From the NCBI RefSeq assembly GCF_031426985.1, contig NZ_JASJOY010000022.1, forward strand, positions 10,871-74,870: a stretch of 64,000 nucleotides of DNA. The letters are read 5' to 3'. The notes under the pieces were generated by a model. That model was not told the DNA's origin and searched no databases. It saw only the letters and a program-made list of their open reading frames with translations. The translations under genes and the position numbers were made by a program. Shown here one piece after another: positions 35,062 to 46,141 of this stretch. This DNA comes from Hydrogenophaga sp. Its GTDB lineage: Bacteria > Pseudomonadota > Gammaproteobacteria > Burkholderiales > Burkholderiaceae_C. Within the stretch, counting starts at the first letter, position 1; each line of letters begins with the position of its first letter.

Positions 35062-35490
35062 TCAGGGCTTGATGTACCCGTAGTGCTCGCGGAACTGCAG
35101 CTGGCCGATGCGCACGACGCCGGACGGGGTGAAGCCGGCGTCCATGACGAACTGCTCTTTCTTCAGGTCGAGCGCGCGCATCGTGAGTTCGCAGATCTCG
35201 AACTTCACGCCCCGGGCGACCAGGTCCGAGATCAGCGGGCCGTAGTCGATGTTGGGGTTCTTCTTGTCCTTGGCGCCTTCCTTGAGGAAGTGCACGCCGT
35301 CGCCCAGCGCGACCGCCACGATCTGGGTGCCCGGGGCGGTGTCGAGGTAGTTGCGCAGGGTGCGCAGGCCGGCGGTGGCCTGGGTGTCGCTGTTGTCGAA
35401 GTGGTAGACCACTTTGTCTTGCGCCAGGGCGGCGCTCATGCCCAGGACGAGGGCGGTGGTGGCGATCAGGCGCTGGATGCGGCGGTTCAT
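35062..35490 (-). CDS. exported DsrE/DsrF-like protein
   Basis: Signal peptide; KVVYH, N.L, V..G.GV..L, GV.F..C and V..I..LQ...Y.YIKP motifs; start moved to ATG 35490. Confidence 0.78.
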   Translation of the reverse strand: MNRRIQRLIATTALVLGMSAALAQDKVVYHFDNSDTQATAGLRTLRNYLDTAPGTQIVAVALGDGVHFLKEGAKDKKNPNIDYGPLISDLVARGVKFEICELTMRALDLKKEQFVMDAGFTPSGVVRIGQLQFREHYGYIKP

Positions 35491-35578
35491 GGGGCGTCTC
35501 CTTGGCAAAGGTGGATGGATAGCGCCCGCATCGTACGGCCCGGCGCAAGGCCGTGGGGTGGCGTGGAACAATGACCGC

Positions 35579-36346
35579 ATGCCCGACACCGCCGCCCCCC
35601 ACCTGACCGAAGCCCTGGGCCACGCCATCAGCGACAAGCGCCTGGAGGTGCTGCGCCGCGTGGCGGCGTCGGGCTCGATCTCGCAGGCGGCGCGTGAGGC
35701 GGGCATCAGCTACAAGGCGGCCTGGCAGGCCATCGACACGCTGACCAGCCTGAGCGGTGTGGCGCTGGTGGAGCGCACCGTGGGCGGCAGCGGCGGTGGC
35801 GGTGCGCGCATCACGCCGCAGGGCCTGCAGCTGCTGGCGCTGGCCGACGAACTGGCCCATGCTCGTGCGGCGGTGCTGGCCCGGTTTGCCGGCGGGCCGG
35901 CGCTGGCCGGTGGCCTGGGCCTGCGCACCAGCATGCGCAACCAGCTGCCGTGCGAGGTGCTGGGCAGCGAACCGCTGGCCCCCGATGACCCGATGGTGCT
36001 GATCCGCCTGCGCACGGCGGGCGGTGCGGTGCTGACGGCGAGCGTGACGCGCGAGAGCGCCGACCTGCTGGCGCTGCGGCCGGGTGCGTCGGCGCTGGCG
36101 CTGTGCAAGGCCACGGCGGTGCAGGTGCAGGCCGGTGCCCTGCCGCTGGGGCCCGCCCACGACGTGAACCGCCTGGGTGGTCGCATCGACCGCATCGCCC
36201 ATGGCGAGGGGCGCGACGAGGTGGTGATCGGCCTTGACGGGGGCGGGCAGTGGGTGGGGTTTGCGGTGCATCCGTTCACCGCACGCCGCGGCCAGCGGGC
36301 CTGGGCGGCCATGGCCACGTCGGCCCTGGTGGTGGGGCTGGGTTGA
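35579..36346 (+). CDS. modE: ModE-like regulator (wHTH plus TOBE domains)
   Basis: GSISQAAREAGISYKAAWQAIDTL, GGSGGGGA.IT and TSMRNQL motifs; start moved to ATG 35579. Confidence 0.82.
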   Translation: MPDTAAPHLTEALGHAISDKRLEVLRRVAASGSISQAAREAGISYKAAWQAIDTLTSLSGVALVERTVGGSGGGGARITPQGLQLLALADELAHARAAVLARFAGGPALAGGLGLRTSMRNQLPCEVLGSEPLAPDDPMVLIRLRTAGGAVLTASVTRESADLLALRPGASALALCKATAVQVQAGALPLGPAHDVNRLGGRIDRIAHGEGRDEVVIGLDGGGQWVGFAVHPFTARRGQRAWAAMATSALVVGLG

Positions 36347-36527
36347 TCGCCTGAGACGGGCGCGTCGCTCTGCGGGTTTGTCCCGCTGGCAAGCAAGTTC
36401 ATATGAACCTGTGTGCCGTTCCGCGGCGGAGCAGCTGTGCCAGGGCTGCTCTCATTTGTGTTGCACGCGGGGGCAGCACCTGTGCCACGGCACGGTGGTT
36501 TTCTCAGATTGAGTCACTTCCGGCGCC

Positions 36528-36542
36528 TGGCATGGAAGTTGT
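36528..36542 (+). promoter_or_regulatory. sigma54-like promoter of the aldehyde dehydrogenase gene, -12 GT variant
   Basis: TGGCATGGAAGTTGT. Confidence 0.6.
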
Positions 36543-36603
36543 GGACAGGTGATCAGCCGCTTCGGCTTTTTCACTTGTTCCACCCATTCAGAGGAAGACA
36601 CGC

Positions 36604-38124
<1,521 letters not shown>

Positions 38125-38150
38125 TCTGAAAAGACCAGAAGCAGGGTTTG

Positions 38151-38181
38151 AGGGGAGGCGGGCAACCGCTTCCCCTTTTTT
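38151..38181 (+). terminator. intrinsic terminator-like hairpin after the aldehyde dehydrogenase gene
   Basis: AGGGGAGGCGG-GCAA-CCGCTTCCCCT followed by a T-run. Confidence 0.7.
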
Positions 38182-38205
38182 GGCTTTCAGAACAAGGAGA
38201 CAGAC

Positions 38206-38586
38206 ATGGTTGAAAAAGTCGTGGCGACACCGGCAGCGCTGGAGTTGATCGAGTTCCTCAAGACCAAATACGGGCCCGGCCTGATGTTCCACCAGAGCGG
38301 CGGCTGCTGCGACAACAGCGCGGCCAACTGCTACCTGCTGGGTGAGATCACCATGGGCCAGGGCGACGTGTTGTTGGGCGTCATCGGCGGTTGCGAGTTC
38401 TACATGAGCAAGACGCAGTACGCGACCTGGCGCCACACGCAGCTCATCATCGACGTGATCGAAGGCCACGGCGGCACCTTCTCGCTCGAAGGGCCTGAGG
38501 GCAAGGCCTTCCACACCCGCTCGCGCGTGTTCACGCCCGAGGAAATGGCCCAGATCGAAGCCGCCGAGCAGGCCGCCGGGGCCTGA
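38206..38586 (+). CDS. DUF779 family protein
   Basis: FHQSGGCCD and FSLEGPEG..F.TRSR.F motifs; usual neighbour of this ALDH. Confidence 0.88.
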   Translation: MVEKVVATPAALELIEFLKTKYGPGLMFHQSGGCCDNSAANCYLLGEITMGQGDVLLGVIGGCEFYMSKTQYATWRHTQLIIDVIEGHGGTFSLEGPEGKAFHTRSRVFTPEEMAQIEAAEQAAGA

Positions 38587-38704
38587 GACAACGTGAGCGA
38601 AACCTGCACACCCGCGCGGGGTGCGCAGGCCGCCCGGGCACGCCCGACCGACTCACACCGCCCGTACAGCGGGCGGGTTGTTCCAGCACGGGACACTGGC
38701 CGCA

Positions 38705-38719
38705 TGGCATGGAACTTGT
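38705..38719 (+). promoter_or_regulatory. sigma54-like promoter of the TonB receptor gene, -12 GT variant
   Basis: TGGCATGGAACTTGT, 14/15 identical to the ALDH promoter. Confidence 0.6.
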
Positions 38720-38774
38720 AGCGCCAAGGGGGATGCAACAGACCGGCACCGGCCGGCCCCCACGGAGACAAGAC

Positions 38775-40865
38775 ATGCCCCGACACCCCACGTTCACCCT
38801 GCGGCCCCTGCACGCCGCGCTCTGCATCCTTCTGGCCGGCCCCGCCGGGGCCCAGACCCTGCCGGACGTGGTGGTCAGCGCCAACCGGCAGGAACAGCAG
38901 AGCTTCGATGCGCCGGCCTCGATCCACGCCGTGGGGCAGGACGCGATCGAGGCCGCCGGCCCGCGCGTGAACCTGTCCGAATCGCTCAACCGGGTGCCGG
39001 GCATCACCGTGCTCAACCGCCAGAACTACGCGCAGGACCTGCAGTTGTCCATCCGCGGCTCCGGCGCCCGATCGCCCTTTGGCATCCGCGGTGCGCGCCT
39101 CATCGTCGATGGCATTCCCGCCACCATGCCCGACGGGCAGGGCCAAGCCTCGACCATCAGCCTGCCCTCGGCCCAGCGCATCGAGGTGCTGCGCGGCCCG
39201 CTGGCCCAGCTGTACGGCAACTCGGCCGGCGGCGTGGTGCAGGTGTTCACCGCCGACGGCCCCGAGCGGCCCGAGCTGCGCATGAGCGTGGACGCCGGCC
39301 CCGATGGCCTGAGCCGCTACGGCCTGCAGGCGGCGGGGCAGAGCGGAGCGGTCAACTACGTGGTGGATGTCAGCGATTTCCAGACCGACGGCTGGCGCGA
39401 GAACAGCGCGGCCGAGCGCCAGCACCTCAATGCCAAACTGCGCTGGGACGCGAGCGAGCAGACCCGCGTGACCGTCGTGGCCAATGTGTTTGACCAGCCG
39501 GTGTCGGGCGACCCGGTGGGGCTGACGCGCGGGCAGATGGAGGACGACCCGCGCCAGGCGGTGGCCAACGCCACGCTCTACCACGCCGGCAAGGACGTGG
39601 CGCAGCGCCAGCTGGGCCTGGTGCTGGACCACCGGCTGGGCGCCGACGCCAGCGTGATGGCCCGGGTGTACGCCGGGCAGCGCGACCTGGACAACCGGCT
39701 GTCCATCCCGCTGTTCGTGCAGACCGCGCCCACGGCGTCCGGCGGTGTCGTGCGGCTGGACCGGCAATACAGCGGCGTGGGCCTGCGCTACAGCCGCCGC
39801 TTGCCGGCGGGTGACGGGCAGGTGCTGTTCAGCCTGGGGCTGGACCACGAGCGCATGGGCGAGCACCGCCAGGGCTACATCAACAACCTTGGGGTGCAGG
39901 GCGATCTCAAGCGCGACGAGCAGGACAGCGTGCACAGCACGGGGGTGTATGCGCAGGCCGACTGGGCCATCAACGAGGACTGGAGCGCGCTGGCCGGCCT
40001 GCGCGCCAACCGGGTGGCGTTCCGGGTGAAAGACGCCTTCATCACCGGGGACAACCCGGACGACAGCGGCACGGCCTCGTTCAGCGCCACCAACCCGGTG
40101 CTGGGCATCACGCGCCACCTGAGCGCCGACACCAACCTCTACGCCAACATCGGCCGCGGTTTCGAGACCCCGACCTTCACCGAGCTGGCCTACCGCGCCG
40201 ACGGCAGTGGCCCCAACCTCGGGCTGGGATCGGCCAGCAGCACCCATGCGGAGCTGGGCCTGAAAACCCGGCTGACCGAACAGCAGCGGCTGGACGTGGC
40301 GCTGTTCAACATTGCCTCCCGCAACGAGATCGTGGTGGCGTCCAGCAGCGGGGGGCGCACCGTCTACGCCAACGCCGGCAGGACGCGTCGCAGCGGTGTT
40401 GAGGTCACGCACAGCGCGCAATGGACGCCCGAATGGCGCAGCCTGCTGGCGCTGTCCACGCTCAAGGCCCAGTTTGCCGAGGCCTTCACCAGCAGCGGCG
40501 GGGCCGTGGTGGCCGCGGGCAACCGCATCCCGGGCATCCTGGACCGCACGCTGTTCGCCGAACTGGCCTGGCAGCCGCGCGCCTGGGCCGGCTTCACCGG
40601 TGCGCTGGAGCTGGTGCACCGCGGCAGCATGGTGGTCAATGATCTCAACGAAGACCGCACCGATGCCGTCACGCTGTTCAACCTGCGCCTGGGCTGGCAG
40701 CAGACGGTCGGCGCCTGGACCCTGCGCGAGACCCTGCGGGTGGACAACCTGACCGACCGCGCCTACGTGGGTTCGGTGATCGTCAACGACGGCAACAAGC
40801 GCTACTTCGAGCCCGCGCCGGGGCGCCAGTGGGGCCTGGGCCTGACGGCGACGTACCGCTTCTGA
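38775..40865 (+). CDS. TonB-dependent receptor, YncD/PqqU-like
   Basis: Plug RVNLSESL..VPG...NRQNYAQDLQLSIRG.GAR..FG.RG..L.VDGIPATMPDGQGQ matches YncD as I recall it; GFETPT, FEPAPGR and terminal F; ATG 38775 follows GGAG. Confidence 0.82.
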   Translation: MPRHPTFTLRPLHAALCILLAGPAGAQTLPDVVVSANRQEQQSFDAPASIHAVGQDAIEAAGPRVNLSESLNRVPGITVLNRQNYAQDLQLSIRGSGARSPFGIRGARLIVDGIPATMPDGQGQASTISLPSAQRIEVLRGPLAQLYGNSAGGVVQVFTADGPERPELRMSVDAGPDGLSRYGLQAAGQSGAVNYVVDVSDFQTDGWRENSAAERQHLNAKLRWDASEQTRVTVVANVFDQPVSGDPVGLTRGQMEDDPRQAVANATLYHAGKDVAQRQLGLVLDHRLGADASVMARVYAGQRDLDNRLSIPLFVQTAPTASGGVVRLDRQYSGVGLRYSRRLPAGDGQVLFSLGLDHERMGEHRQGYINNLGVQGDLKRDEQDSVHSTGVYAQADWAINEDWSALAGLRANRVAFRVKDAFITGDNPDDSGTASFSATNPVLGITRHLSADTNLYANIGRGFETPTFTELAYRADGSGPNLGLGSASSTHAELGLKTRLTEQQRLDVALFNIASRNEIVVASSSGGRTVYANAGRTRRSGVEVTHSAQWTPEWRSLLALSTLKAQFAEAFTSSGGAVVAAGNRIPGILDRTLFAELAWQPRAWAGFTGALELVHRGSMVVNDLNEDRTDAVTLFNLRLGWQQTVGAWTLRETLRVDNLTDRAYVGSVIVNDGNKRYFEPAPGRQWGLGLTATYRF

Positions 40866-40877
40866 GTGTGAGGGGGC

Positions 40878-40990
40878 CGATCGCCCTGGGCCCGTCCTTC
40901 GACAAGCTCAGGACGATCGGGCCGTCTGCCCTTTGCGCCTTTTACCCTTCGACAAGCTTCGGAAAAGCCAAGCCCAGGTCGAAGGGGGTG
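40878..40990. repeat. degenerate CCTTCGACAAGCTCAGG-type palindromic repeat
   Basis: CCTTCGACAAGCT occurs twice with a GTCGAAGG counter-arm, between convergent genes. Confidence 0.55.
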
Positions 40991-41008
40991 AACCGGGCTG
41001 CGCCCGGT

Positions 41009-41758
41009 TCACAGCCCCGGTTTCTGCAGCGCGCGCAGCACCTCGGTCTGGAAGTCCGGCCCCTCGGCCGCGGCCATGAAGGCGTCGATGCGGCCATCAA
41101 ACCGCACCGTGCCCTGGTGCAGCAGCATCAGGCGGTCGGCGGTTTTGACTTCTTCGATCAGGTGCGTGGCCCAGAGCACGGCCAGGCCCTGGTCGCGGCA
41201 CAGGCCGCGCACCGTGTCCAGCAGCTGCTGGCGCGAGGCCGGGTCCAGGCCGACGGTGGCCTCGTCCATCAGCAGCACGCGCGGCGCGTGCAACAGGGCG
41301 CGCACCAGTTCCACCTTGCGCCGCGTGCCGCCCGAGAGGCTGCGCACCACGGCCTTGGCCTGGTCTTGCAGGCCGATGGCGGCGAGCTGTGTGGCGATGC
41401 GTTCGCGCGCCACCGGGCGCGGGAGGCCGTGCAGGTCGGTGTGGAACAGCAGGTTGGCCATGACGCTCAGGTCCAGGTCCAGCGCGCTTTGCTGGAACAC
41501 CACGCCCAGGCCGGCCAGGGCGCGCGCCGGGTGGCGCCGCATGTCCTGGCCCAGCACTTCGATGCTGCCCTGGTCGGGGGTGAACAGGCCGGTCAGCAGC
41601 TGCAGCAGGGTGGACTTGCCGGCCCCGTTGGGCCCCAGCAGGGCCAGCATCTCGCCGGCCTGCAGCGCCACGCTCACCCCTTTGAGCGCGGGTTTGCCGT
41701 TGTAGGCCTTGTGCAGATCGCGCGCGCTCAGCACGGCGGGGGTCGGGGCAAGGCTCAT
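41009..41758 (-). CDS. pedB: ABC ATP-binding subunit, PedB-like
   Basis: GPNGAGKST, VVFQQSALDLDLSV..NL, LSGG.RRKVE and ATH motifs; PQQ-ADH cluster context. Confidence 0.78.
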   Translation of the reverse strand: MSLAPTPAVLSARDLHKAYNGKPALKGVSVALQAGEMLALLGPNGAGKSTLLQLLTGLFTPDQGSIEVLGQDMRRHPARALAGLGVVFQQSALDLDLSVMANLLFHTDLHGLPRPVARERIATQLAAIGLQDQAKAVVRSLSGGTRRKVELVRALLHAPRVLLMDEATVGLDPASRQQLLDTVRGLCRDQGLAVLWATHLIEEVKTADRLMLLHQGTVRFDGRIDAFMAAAEGPDFQTEVLRALQKPGL

Positions 41759-42813
41759 GATTTGGGCGGGGCCAGCAGGTTCATGCGCGCCAGCAGTTGC
41801 TTCTCGCGTTCCACCATGGCCAGCACAGCCTGGCGGTAGTCGCGGGTGTTGAGGTAGTCGATGGACTGATCGTAGCGGGCCAGCGCGCCCGCGTGGCGTT
41901 CGCTGAACATGGCCTTGTGGAAGGCGTCGTGCAGTTTCTGGACCACCGCCGCCGGCGTGCCGGCCGGCGCGGCCAGGCCCCAGGGCGAGGTGTAGACCGC
42001 CTGCGGGTAGCCCAGCTCGCGCATGGTCGGCGCGGCGGGCCAGCGCGGGTTGCGCGCGGCGTTGAAGGTGGCCAGCAGGCGCATCTGGCCCTTGTCCACC
42101 CAGGGCGCAAAGCCGGTGGAGTTGACCCCGGCCATGATCTGCGCGCCCGCGATGGCCAGCATCTGGTCGGCCGTGCCTTTGTAGGGCACGTGCACGTATT
42201 TCACGTTGTGCTGCAGCAGGATCTCTTCCATCGCCAGGTGGGCGGTGGTGCCGATGCCGGTGGAACCCAGGGTCAGTTCGCCCGGGTGTCGCACGGCCCA
42301 GTCGACCAGGTCGTGGACCGACTTGAACGGGCTGCTGGCCGGCACCAGCAGGCCGAAGCTCACGCCCGAGACCTGCACGATGGGCGCGAGGTCGGTGACC
42401 GGGTCCCAGGGCACGTGGTTCATCAGCGCGTGGCGGTAGACCGTGATCGGCACCTGTCCGATGGTGTGGCCGTCGGGTTCGGCCGCCTTGAGCGCCGGCG
42501 CCACCAGCGTGCCGGCGGCGCCGGGTTTGTTGACCACCACCACCGTCTGGCCCAGCAGGGGTTCGGCTTCTTCGGCCAGGATGCGGATGGTCAGGTCCGT
42601 CTGGCCACCGGCGGGCCAGGGCACGATCAGCTGCACGGGTTTGCTGGGAAAGGGCGCCTGCGCCCGCGCGGCCGGCCAGACCGACCCCATGGCCAGGGCC
42701 GCCGCACCGCCCAGCCAATGCCGGCGCGAACAGCGGGTTGCACCGTCGTGCAACGCATCAAGGGTTTGCCCTGTGTCATTTTTGAACGCTGTGCGCGGCG
42801 GGGTGTGTGTCAT
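41755..42813 (-). CDS. Bug/TctC tripartite tricarboxylate-type substrate-binding protein
   Basis: FP.KP..LIVPWPAGG.TD, N.PGA.G, HVPYKG motifs; RRHW Tat-like signal; ATGA overlap with the ATPase gene. Confidence 0.85.
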   Translation of the reverse strand: MTHTPPRTAFKNDTGQTLDALHDGATRCSRRHWLGGAAALAMGSVWPAARAQAPFPSKPVQLIVPWPAGGQTDLTIRILAEEAEPLLGQTVVVVNKPGAAGTLVAPALKAAEPDGHTIGQVPITVYRHALMNHVPWDPVTDLAPIVQVSGVSFGLLVPASSPFKSVHDLVDWAVRHPGELTLGSTGIGTTAHLAMEEILLQHNVKYVHVPYKGTADQMLAIAGAQIMAGVNSTGFAPWVDKGQMRLLATFNAARNPRWPAAPTMRELGYPQAVYTSPWGLAAPAGTPAAVVQKLHDAFHKAMFSERHAGALARYDQSIDYLNTRDYRQAVLAMVEREKQLLARMNLLAPPKS

Positions 42814-42879
42814 GGCGGCTGTGGGGTGTTGTGTCGGGCCTGTGGCGGCGGGTGCGGCCCTTGTCTCGCCGGTGTGGGA

Positions 42880-42896
42880 GGCAAATTCCGTTCCCG
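42880..42896 (-). promoter_or_regulatory. possible sigma54 promoter of the bug-pedB operon
   Basis: CGGGAACGGAATTTGCC (GG-N10-GC), back to back with the pedA1 promoter. Confidence 0.45.
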
Positions 42897-42915
42897 TTGC
42901 CTGCGGCCCGGCCGC

Positions 42916-42931
42916 TGGCACCTTTTTTGCA
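42916..42931 (+). promoter_or_regulatory. sigma54 promoter of the pedA1 operon
   Basis: TGGCACCTTTTTTGCA, near consensus. Confidence 0.8.
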
Positions 42932-43006
42932 CCAGTCCGTGTGCGCAGACCATGCCTGCACGCGGTCCTTGAAGACCGTTTTCACAACAACAGGAGACAA
43001 GACCCC

Positions 43007-44008
43007 ATGGCCCCAGGCGCCCCCCGTGCCTTTGCTGGCGTTCGTTGCACCGTTGCGGCCCTGTGTGCCGCCGCGGTCTGCTGGGGCTTCAGCCCGCAGG
43101 CCCTGGCCCAGGGCAAGGTCTACGTGTCCAGCGAGAAGGACCACAAGGTCTACGTGTTCAACGCGGCGGGCGAGCGCCAGGCCGCCATCGAGGTGTGCCA
43201 GCGTCCGCGCGACATGTCGTTCAGCCCCGATGGCTCGCAGATCTATGTGATCTGCGGCGACAGCAACGCCATGGGGGTGGTGAACCTGGCCAGTGGCCAG
43301 CTGACCGGCACCGTGCCGCTGGGCGAAAGCCCGGAGATGTTCGACCTCAGCCCCGACGGCAAGACCGCCTACGTGTCGGTCGAGGACGACAGCGTGCTGG
43401 CCGCCTACGACCTGGCCAGCAAGAAACCCTTGTTCGAGGTCAAGACCGGTGGCGAGCCCGAAGGGGTGCTGGTCACGCCCGACGGCAAGACGGCCTACGT
43501 CACGTCCGAAGTGGCCAACGTGGTCCACGTGATCGACCTGGGCACGAAGAAGGTGGTCAAGAACATCAAGGTCGGCAAGCGGCCGCGCCGCTTCGCGCTC
43601 GTGGCCGGTGGCGGCGAGCTGTGGGTGACCAACGAACTGGACGCCAGCGTGAGCGTGGTGGACACCCGGACCCACACCGAAAAGCAGAAGATCCGGTTCA
43701 CCGTCAAGGGCATGCGCGAGACCGACATCACGCCCGTGGGCATGACGCTCAGCCCCGACGGCAAGACGATGTGGGTGGGCCTGGGACGCGCCAACCACGT
43801 GGTCGAGGTGGACGTGGCCAGCAAGGCGGTCCGGCGCCAGGTGCTGGTCGGCAAACGCGCCTGGGGCATGGGCGTGTCGCCCGACGGCAAGACGCTGTAC
43901 GTGGCCAACGGCCTGTCGGACGACATGACGCTGATCGACACCGCGTCGGGCAAGGCGATCAGGACCGTGCCGGCTGGTCGCGTGCCACACACCATCCTCG
44001 TGAAATGA
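43007..44008 (+). CDS. YVTN beta-propeller protein of PQQ catabolism clusters, PedA1-like
   Basis: Signal peptide; repeated SPDGK..YV blades; ATG 43007 follows AGGAG. Confidence 0.85.
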   Translation: MAPGAPRAFAGVRCTVAALCAAAVCWGFSPQALAQGKVYVSSEKDHKVYVFNAAGERQAAIEVCQRPRDMSFSPDGSQIYVICGDSNAMGVVNLASGQLTGTVPLGESPEMFDLSPDGKTAYVSVEDDSVLAAYDLASKKPLFEVKTGGEPEGVLVTPDGKTAYVTSEVANVVHVIDLGTKKVVKNIKVGKRPRRFALVAGGGELWVTNELDASVSVVDTRTHTEKQKIRFTVKGMRETDITPVGMTLSPDGKTMWVGLGRANHVVEVDVASKAVRRQVLVGKRAWGMGVSPDGKTLYVANGLSDDMTLIDTASGKAIRTVPAGRVPHTILVK

Positions 44009-45300
44009 CCCCCCCCCGTTGCTTGCTCGCTGCGCGTAGCCGCATCCCCCCCCAGGGGGGCGCTCCCAGCGGCCCGGCCAAGCCGGTTCTGCGGGAGCCC
44101 TGGATGGGTCTGTGGCGCTCTGCCGGTTTGGCGTTGCTGTGTGTGCTTGGTTGGTTTTCTCAGCCGGCATTGGCTGCCACGAAAGTCACCATCGCAGTGG
44201 TGTCGCTCGACGGCGATCCGCGCCACGCGCCGCGGCGGCTGGAGAAGGCCTACCCCGGTCACCCGACCGGGCGCGCCATCGATGGCGTGAAGCTGGCGGC
44301 CGAGGATTCGGCCTTCGAGCTGGACGCGGCCGGCATCAGCCTGGTGGTCAAGGACGTGGTGCTGCCGAACGTGGCCGGCCTGGCGAAAGCGCTGGCCGAT
44401 CTGAAAGCGGCCAAGGTGCAGCACATCGTGGCCGACCTGCCGGCGCCCGAGCTGCGCGCGCTGGTGCAGGCCGCACCCGCCGCGCTGGGTGGCGCCATCG
44501 TGCTCAACGCTGCGGCCGATGACGACGCGCTGCGCGGCGCCCAGTGCGCCGCCCACCTGCTGCACACCGTGCCCAGCCGCGCCATGCTCAGCGACGCGCT
44601 GGCGCAGTACCTGGCGGCGCGCAACTGGCGCAAGGCGCTGGTGCTGCAGGGGCCGCTGCCGGGCGATGCGCTGATGGCCGAGGCCTTCAACCGCTCGGCC
44701 AAACGCTACGGCGTCAAGGCCACGGCCAGCAAACCTTTCAAGCTCACCGGCGACCCGCGCGAGCGCGACCTGGGCAATGTGCGCCTGCTCACCGGCAGCG
44801 ACCGCGAGCACGAGGTGGTGGCGGTGCTCGACAGCGACGGCGAGTTCGCCCGCACCGTGCCCTACGCGACGCAGCTGCCGCGGCCGGTGGTGGGCGCCAA
44901 CGGCCTGGTGGCCGTGCCCTGGCATCCGCTGTGGGAGCGCAACGGCGGCCCACAGCTCTCACGCCGTTTTGCCAAGGGGGCCTTGCGGCCGATGACGGGC
45001 CACGACTGGGCCGCCTGGATGGCCGGGCGGGCCGTGGCCACCGTGCTGGCCGAGCTGCCCAAGGCGCCCATCGCGCAGCAGCTCAAGGCCCTGCGCGGCG
45101 GGCCGGTGGCGGTGGACGGTTTCAAGGGGCCGCGCCTGAGCTTCCGCGCCTGGGACGGCCAGTTGCGCCAGCCCATCCTGCTCAGCCATGTGGATGGCGT
45201 GGTCGGCGTGGCCCCGCTGGACGGCGTGCTGCACCCGAAAGAAATCATGGACACCCTGGGCGTGGACGAAGCGGAGAGCGCATGCAAGCAACGACCCTGA
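44005..45300 (+). CDS. branched-chain-type ABC substrate-binding protein, PedA2-like
   Basis: G..LA..D, HT.PS.AM.SDAL.QYL..R.W and SFR.WDGQLRQP motifs; alternative start ATG 44104 after the repeat. Confidence 0.8.
   Translation: MTPPRCLLAARSRIPPQGGAPSGPAKPVLREPWMGLWRSAGLALLCVLGWFSQPALAATKVTIAVVSLDGDPRHAPRRLEKAYPGHPTGRAIDGVKLAAEDSAFELDAAGISLVVKDVVLPNVAGLAKALADLKAAKVQHIVADLPAPELRALVQAAPAALGGAIVLNAAADDDALRGAQCAAHLLHTVPSRAMLSDALAQYLAARNWRKALVLQGPLPGDALMAEAFNRSAKRYGVKATASKPFKLTGDPRERDLGNVRLLTGSDREHEVVAVLDSDGEFARTVPYATQLPRPVVGANGLVAVPWHPLWERNGGPQLSRRFAKGALRPMTGHDWAAWMAGRAVATVLAELPKAPIAQQLKALRGGPVAVDGFKGPRLSFRAWDGQLRQPILLSHVDGVVGVAPLDGVLHPKEIMDTLGVDEAESACKQRP
44009..44093. repeat. REP-like repeat, subfamily A
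   Basis: C-run, CCCCCCCCAGGGGGG, then GCGGCCCGGCCAAGCCGGTTC. Confidence 0.8.
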
Positions 45301-46118
45301 ACCAGCCGCCGGCCCTGTTGCCGCACCTGCTGCGCGCGCTGCGTGCGGTGGTCGGGCGCGAGATCGGCCGCTTCCTGCGTCAGCCCACGCGCCTGGGCTC
45401 GGCGCTGGTGCGGCCGCTGCTGTGGTTCGTGGTGTTCTCGGCCGGTTTCCACAACGTGTTCGGCGTGGCGATCGCGCCGCCCTACGAAACCTACGTCGAA
45501 TACAAGGAATACATGGTGCCCGGCCTGCTGGGCATGGTCGCCTTGTTCAACGGGATGCAGAGCTCGCTGTCCATGGTCTACGACCGCGAGATGGGCGTGA
45601 TGCGCCTGCTGCTGACCGCGCCCCTGGCGCGCGGCTGGCTGCTGGCCTTCAAGCTGCTGGCGGGCACCGCGCTGTCGCTGCTGCAGATGGTGGTGTTTCT
45701 GCTGATCGCCTGGGCCTTCGGGGTCGAGGTGCCGCTGGCCCACCTGCCGGCGGCCCTGCTGGCCATGGTGTGTGGCGCGGTGATGCTGGCCTCGGTCGGG
45801 CTGGTGCTCTCGGTCTACGTCAAGCAGCTGGAGAACTTCGCCGGCACCATGAACTTCGTGATCTTCCCGATGTTCTTCATCAGCCCGGCGCTGTACCCGC
45901 TGTGGAAGCTGGAAGAGTCGGGCGCCTGGTGGCTGCTCAAGCTCGCGCAGGCCAACCCCTTCACCCACGCGGTGGAGGCGATCCGTTTTGCACTGTACGG
46001 GCAGTTCAACGGCACGGCCTGGGCGGTGGTGCTGGGCTGCACGGTGGTGTTCTTTCTGGCCGCGCTGTGGGGTTACGACCCGCAACGCGGCTGGGTCAGC
46101 AAGAAGCCCGGCGGCTGA
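45282..46118 (+). CDS. pedC: ABC-2 type permease, PedC-like
   Basis: RPLLWF.VF.AGF, YMVPGL.GM..LFNGMQSSLSMVYDREMG and ENFAG.MNFVIFP motifs. Confidence 0.82.
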   Translation: MQATTLNQPPALLPHLLRALRAVVGREIGRFLRQPTRLGSALVRPLLWFVVFSAGFHNVFGVAIAPPYETYVEYKEYMVPGLLGMVALFNGMQSSLSMVYDREMGVMRLLLTAPLARGWLLAFKLLAGTALSLLQMVVFLLIAWAFGVEVPLAHLPAALLAMVCGAVMLASVGLVLSVYVKQLENFAGTMNFVIFPMFFISPALYPLWKLEESGAWWLLKLAQANPFTHAVEAIRFALYGQFNGTAWAVVLGCTVVFFLAALWGYDPQRGWVSKKPGG

Positions 46119-46141
46119 GCACAACAACAGGAGATGACGTG

